Positions 61,952 to 64,000 of a stretch of DNA of 64,000 nt are shown one piece after another (the stretch's first letter is position 1; each line of letters opens with the position of its first letter). Location of the stretch: positions 2,232,001 to 2,296,000 of the forward strand of contig JAMWBK010000003.1 in assembly GCA_029953675.1 (NCBI GenBank). The letters are read 5' to 3'. A program made the position numbers and the translations under genes. This DNA comes from Rhodosorus marinus CCMP1338 (Eukaryota > Plantae > Rhodophyta). The notes under the pieces are model-generated. The model saw only the letters and a list, made by a program, of their open reading frames with translations. It did not search any database and was not told the origin of the DNA.

Positions 61952-62428
61952 CTAATCTTCGTCTCTCCCATAGACAGCACCACTGGCCTCGGACTGGATG
62001 TATAAGGTGATCAGGAAAGCAATTGGGATGAGCGTACCCAGGAAGACAGCCAAGTAAGCCGGGAAGGTAACAGCCATGCCGCCCTAACCATGAAAGCCGA
62101 ACAAGAACGATCCGACAAGAGCGAATCAATGTTCAGCATTCTGCACCACTCCATAATCTCGAGTTGGCTACCAGATGTATGTCAAAACTTACACCCTCAG
62201 CGATCATCAGATTGTTTACGACCGTGGTCACAGGCTCGACGCTCATCTGAGTCCTGCCAGCGGTCTTCCTCACGGCAACTCTCTTCTGAACCGAAACTCC
62301 CTAAAAACACAGAACGCAAGACAAATGTTCAGTCCAAGCCCAGACAGATCCATGGAGGATACCCTGCCGAGAGCCCCACTCACCCGAACCAAACGGCCGG
62401 TACCCACAGTCGACACAAAACCGATCAT
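61952..62428 (-). CDS. psbM: Photosystem II subunit PsbM, nucleus-encoded with transit peptide
   Basis: Three exons give MIGFVSTVG..transit..MAVTFPAYLAVFLGTLIPIAFLITLYIQSEA, which is the single TM helix with PsbM's P..FL..LYIQ pattern. The ORF track misses this gene. Confidence 0.85.
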
Positions 62429-64000
62429 CTTCAAAATTCCAAAGAAACAAATTTATGCCAAACCTTTTTAAGGATCCCAACTCTAGCTCAAGATACACAA
62501 CTCACAAACTCTCCTTCCTGCCCCACCCAACGCTCCAACCTTCCCAGCCAAACGCGACCTCTTCTTCCAACCACTTTCCCCAGCCGAAGTCCATTTTCTC
62601 TCTGTTTCCACTCTCATCCTCTAATGAGCTGAACTCCTACCAACCCCCCCTAACAAACTCCTTCCTCCTATCCCCGTTCACTTTTCCCGGCTAGCTTTCA
62701 ACCCCTTTCTAAAACCCGTATTCAAATATTACCTTACTATATTTCAACTTTTTTAGTCATGTATTGTCACAAAGCATGGGGGTAATAGATTTAAGTTACG
62801 GGGTAGGGGGTAAAAGAGTGATTTTACCTCTTTCGCAAAAGAATATTAGTAAGCCAACCCCGATCTCCCAGCCCCCCTAAAAAAATCCTCGAATTTCAAT
62901 ATGATCCAGACAAGAATCTCCCCTCTAAAAAAGTTATACTTTTCAGGAATAGAACCGATCGGTAAGCTTTTCGAAAGGAATCTCCGAGGGAGGGAAAAAA
63001 GGGCCAAAACAAAGGAGGAGGATTTTAGATAGTTGAGTTTATCCCCCCACCTAGTCTGATGTGGATTTTGGTAGATATGCAGGATTTATTTAGTTTTATT
63101 TGAAATAACTGCGTGAGATGGGTTTGAATATGACGGGGTGTTTAAAGTGCATTTTGTTTTGTATGGTTAGTCAGTATTTTGGAGTAGAGTCTCATTATTG
63201 AGATGCTAGTCTGAATATTGGAGTGACATGTCTCGATGAATGTTGTGAGGGCTTGGTTTGGGGGCTGGGCTGGCAAGCTCCGCCGCGGGTTAGCGTTTTG
63301 ATAAAGGTTTGGACCGGCCGGGTGCACCCGACGCAAGGTTATTTAGCCCTTGAGAGGAAATAGAGTCTATCCCAGCTTGCGTTAATCCTTAACCGTTATG
63401 GAAAAATTTTCCTCGACGTCGGCCTACCAACCCGTTCGGGACGAATCCACGGCGACGGTAGCCCGGCGTCACCGGAATGACGCTTCCACGACGCTGCGCG
63501 CACCTCGTTGAAACAGACGCAATCCAAAGAAAACGATGCTTTCCTTCCGTCAAAGAAGCTCTTGGTTCTCGATACTTGAATTCGTTCCTGGAAAAGAAAA
63601 ACTTGCTGTGATTCTCGTGATTGAAACTCATCAGCAATGAACTCCATCGTGAAGGCGTCGCACACCAAAACTCGAGCAGCATTCCCATCATGCTCAGTAA
63701 GCCTATTGCTGAGCCCGGCGCTCGTGCCATTAAGCAAACCTTAATAACCGTTCTCAACCATTCAATCACTTTGCTGCTGACTTAAGAGCTTGCATATGAC
63801 ATAAGATCTGTAATAGAGTATATAATTGGATAAAAATATCTTTTAAGGGTTTTGATTCGCTTTCTACCAACTTATGTTTCCGAACTCGGGTATCGATGAA
63901 CGGGCAGCGTTGATGCGGGAGTTGCGAGTCATGTTAGGGAGTTGGAAGTAGTAGTGGTTTCATGCAAGACTAGTATGGATAGAAGACTTCAAAGTTGCAA

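Noticed and set aside
63389-63769. Two overlapping minus-strand ORFs (126 and 113 aa)
   Set aside because: No recognisable motif or convincing splice structure; counted only among the coding-like ghosts.
1-64000. tRNA, rRNA, spliceosomal snRNA, telomeric repeats, intact transposase/RT
   Set aside because: No diagnostic motifs were seen by eye. tRNAscan-SE, Infernal or RepeatModeler would be needed to exclude divergent copies.

Overview
This is eukaryotic nuclear DNA from a compact, intron-bearing genome, most likely a red alga. The evidence is MAFV/M-x-x-FV-type plastid transit peptides, a nuclear psbM, GT-AG introns mostly about 80-150 nt long, and a retained GATOR1 subunit. About 20 genes can be assembled across introns: a DUF4203-like membrane protein, thylakoid-lumen FKBP, thioredoxin, insulinase (M16A), cyclin C, an SLC35B nucleotide-sugar/PAPS transporter, SAR1, a ~3550-aa VPS13, a PH-CAMKK/GRIK-type kinase, mito r-proteins mL59 and a divergent uL11m, NPRL2, a helical-repeat protein, ORC5, RRP40, a KDM5-type demethylase, a type I PRMT, plastid ATP-PFK and PsbM. 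I found no rRNA, tRNA, CRISPR array or intact transposon. The most notable observation is the VPS13 C-terminus: after the usual PH domain it carries an aegerolysin/ET79-like beta-sandwich, which is a lipid-recognition fold of pore-forming toxins, and then a terminal UBA domain. Intergenic DNA holds several decayed coding remnants (TauD-like, cyclin-U-like, unknown), several local duplications, a 50-bp hairpin with perfect 19-bp arms, and a chimeric junction. That junction joins an inverted copy of the SLC35B 5' leader to a paralog of the DNA downstream of the same gene. All family calls come from motif recognition by eye; no database searches were run, and exon boundaries are predictions.
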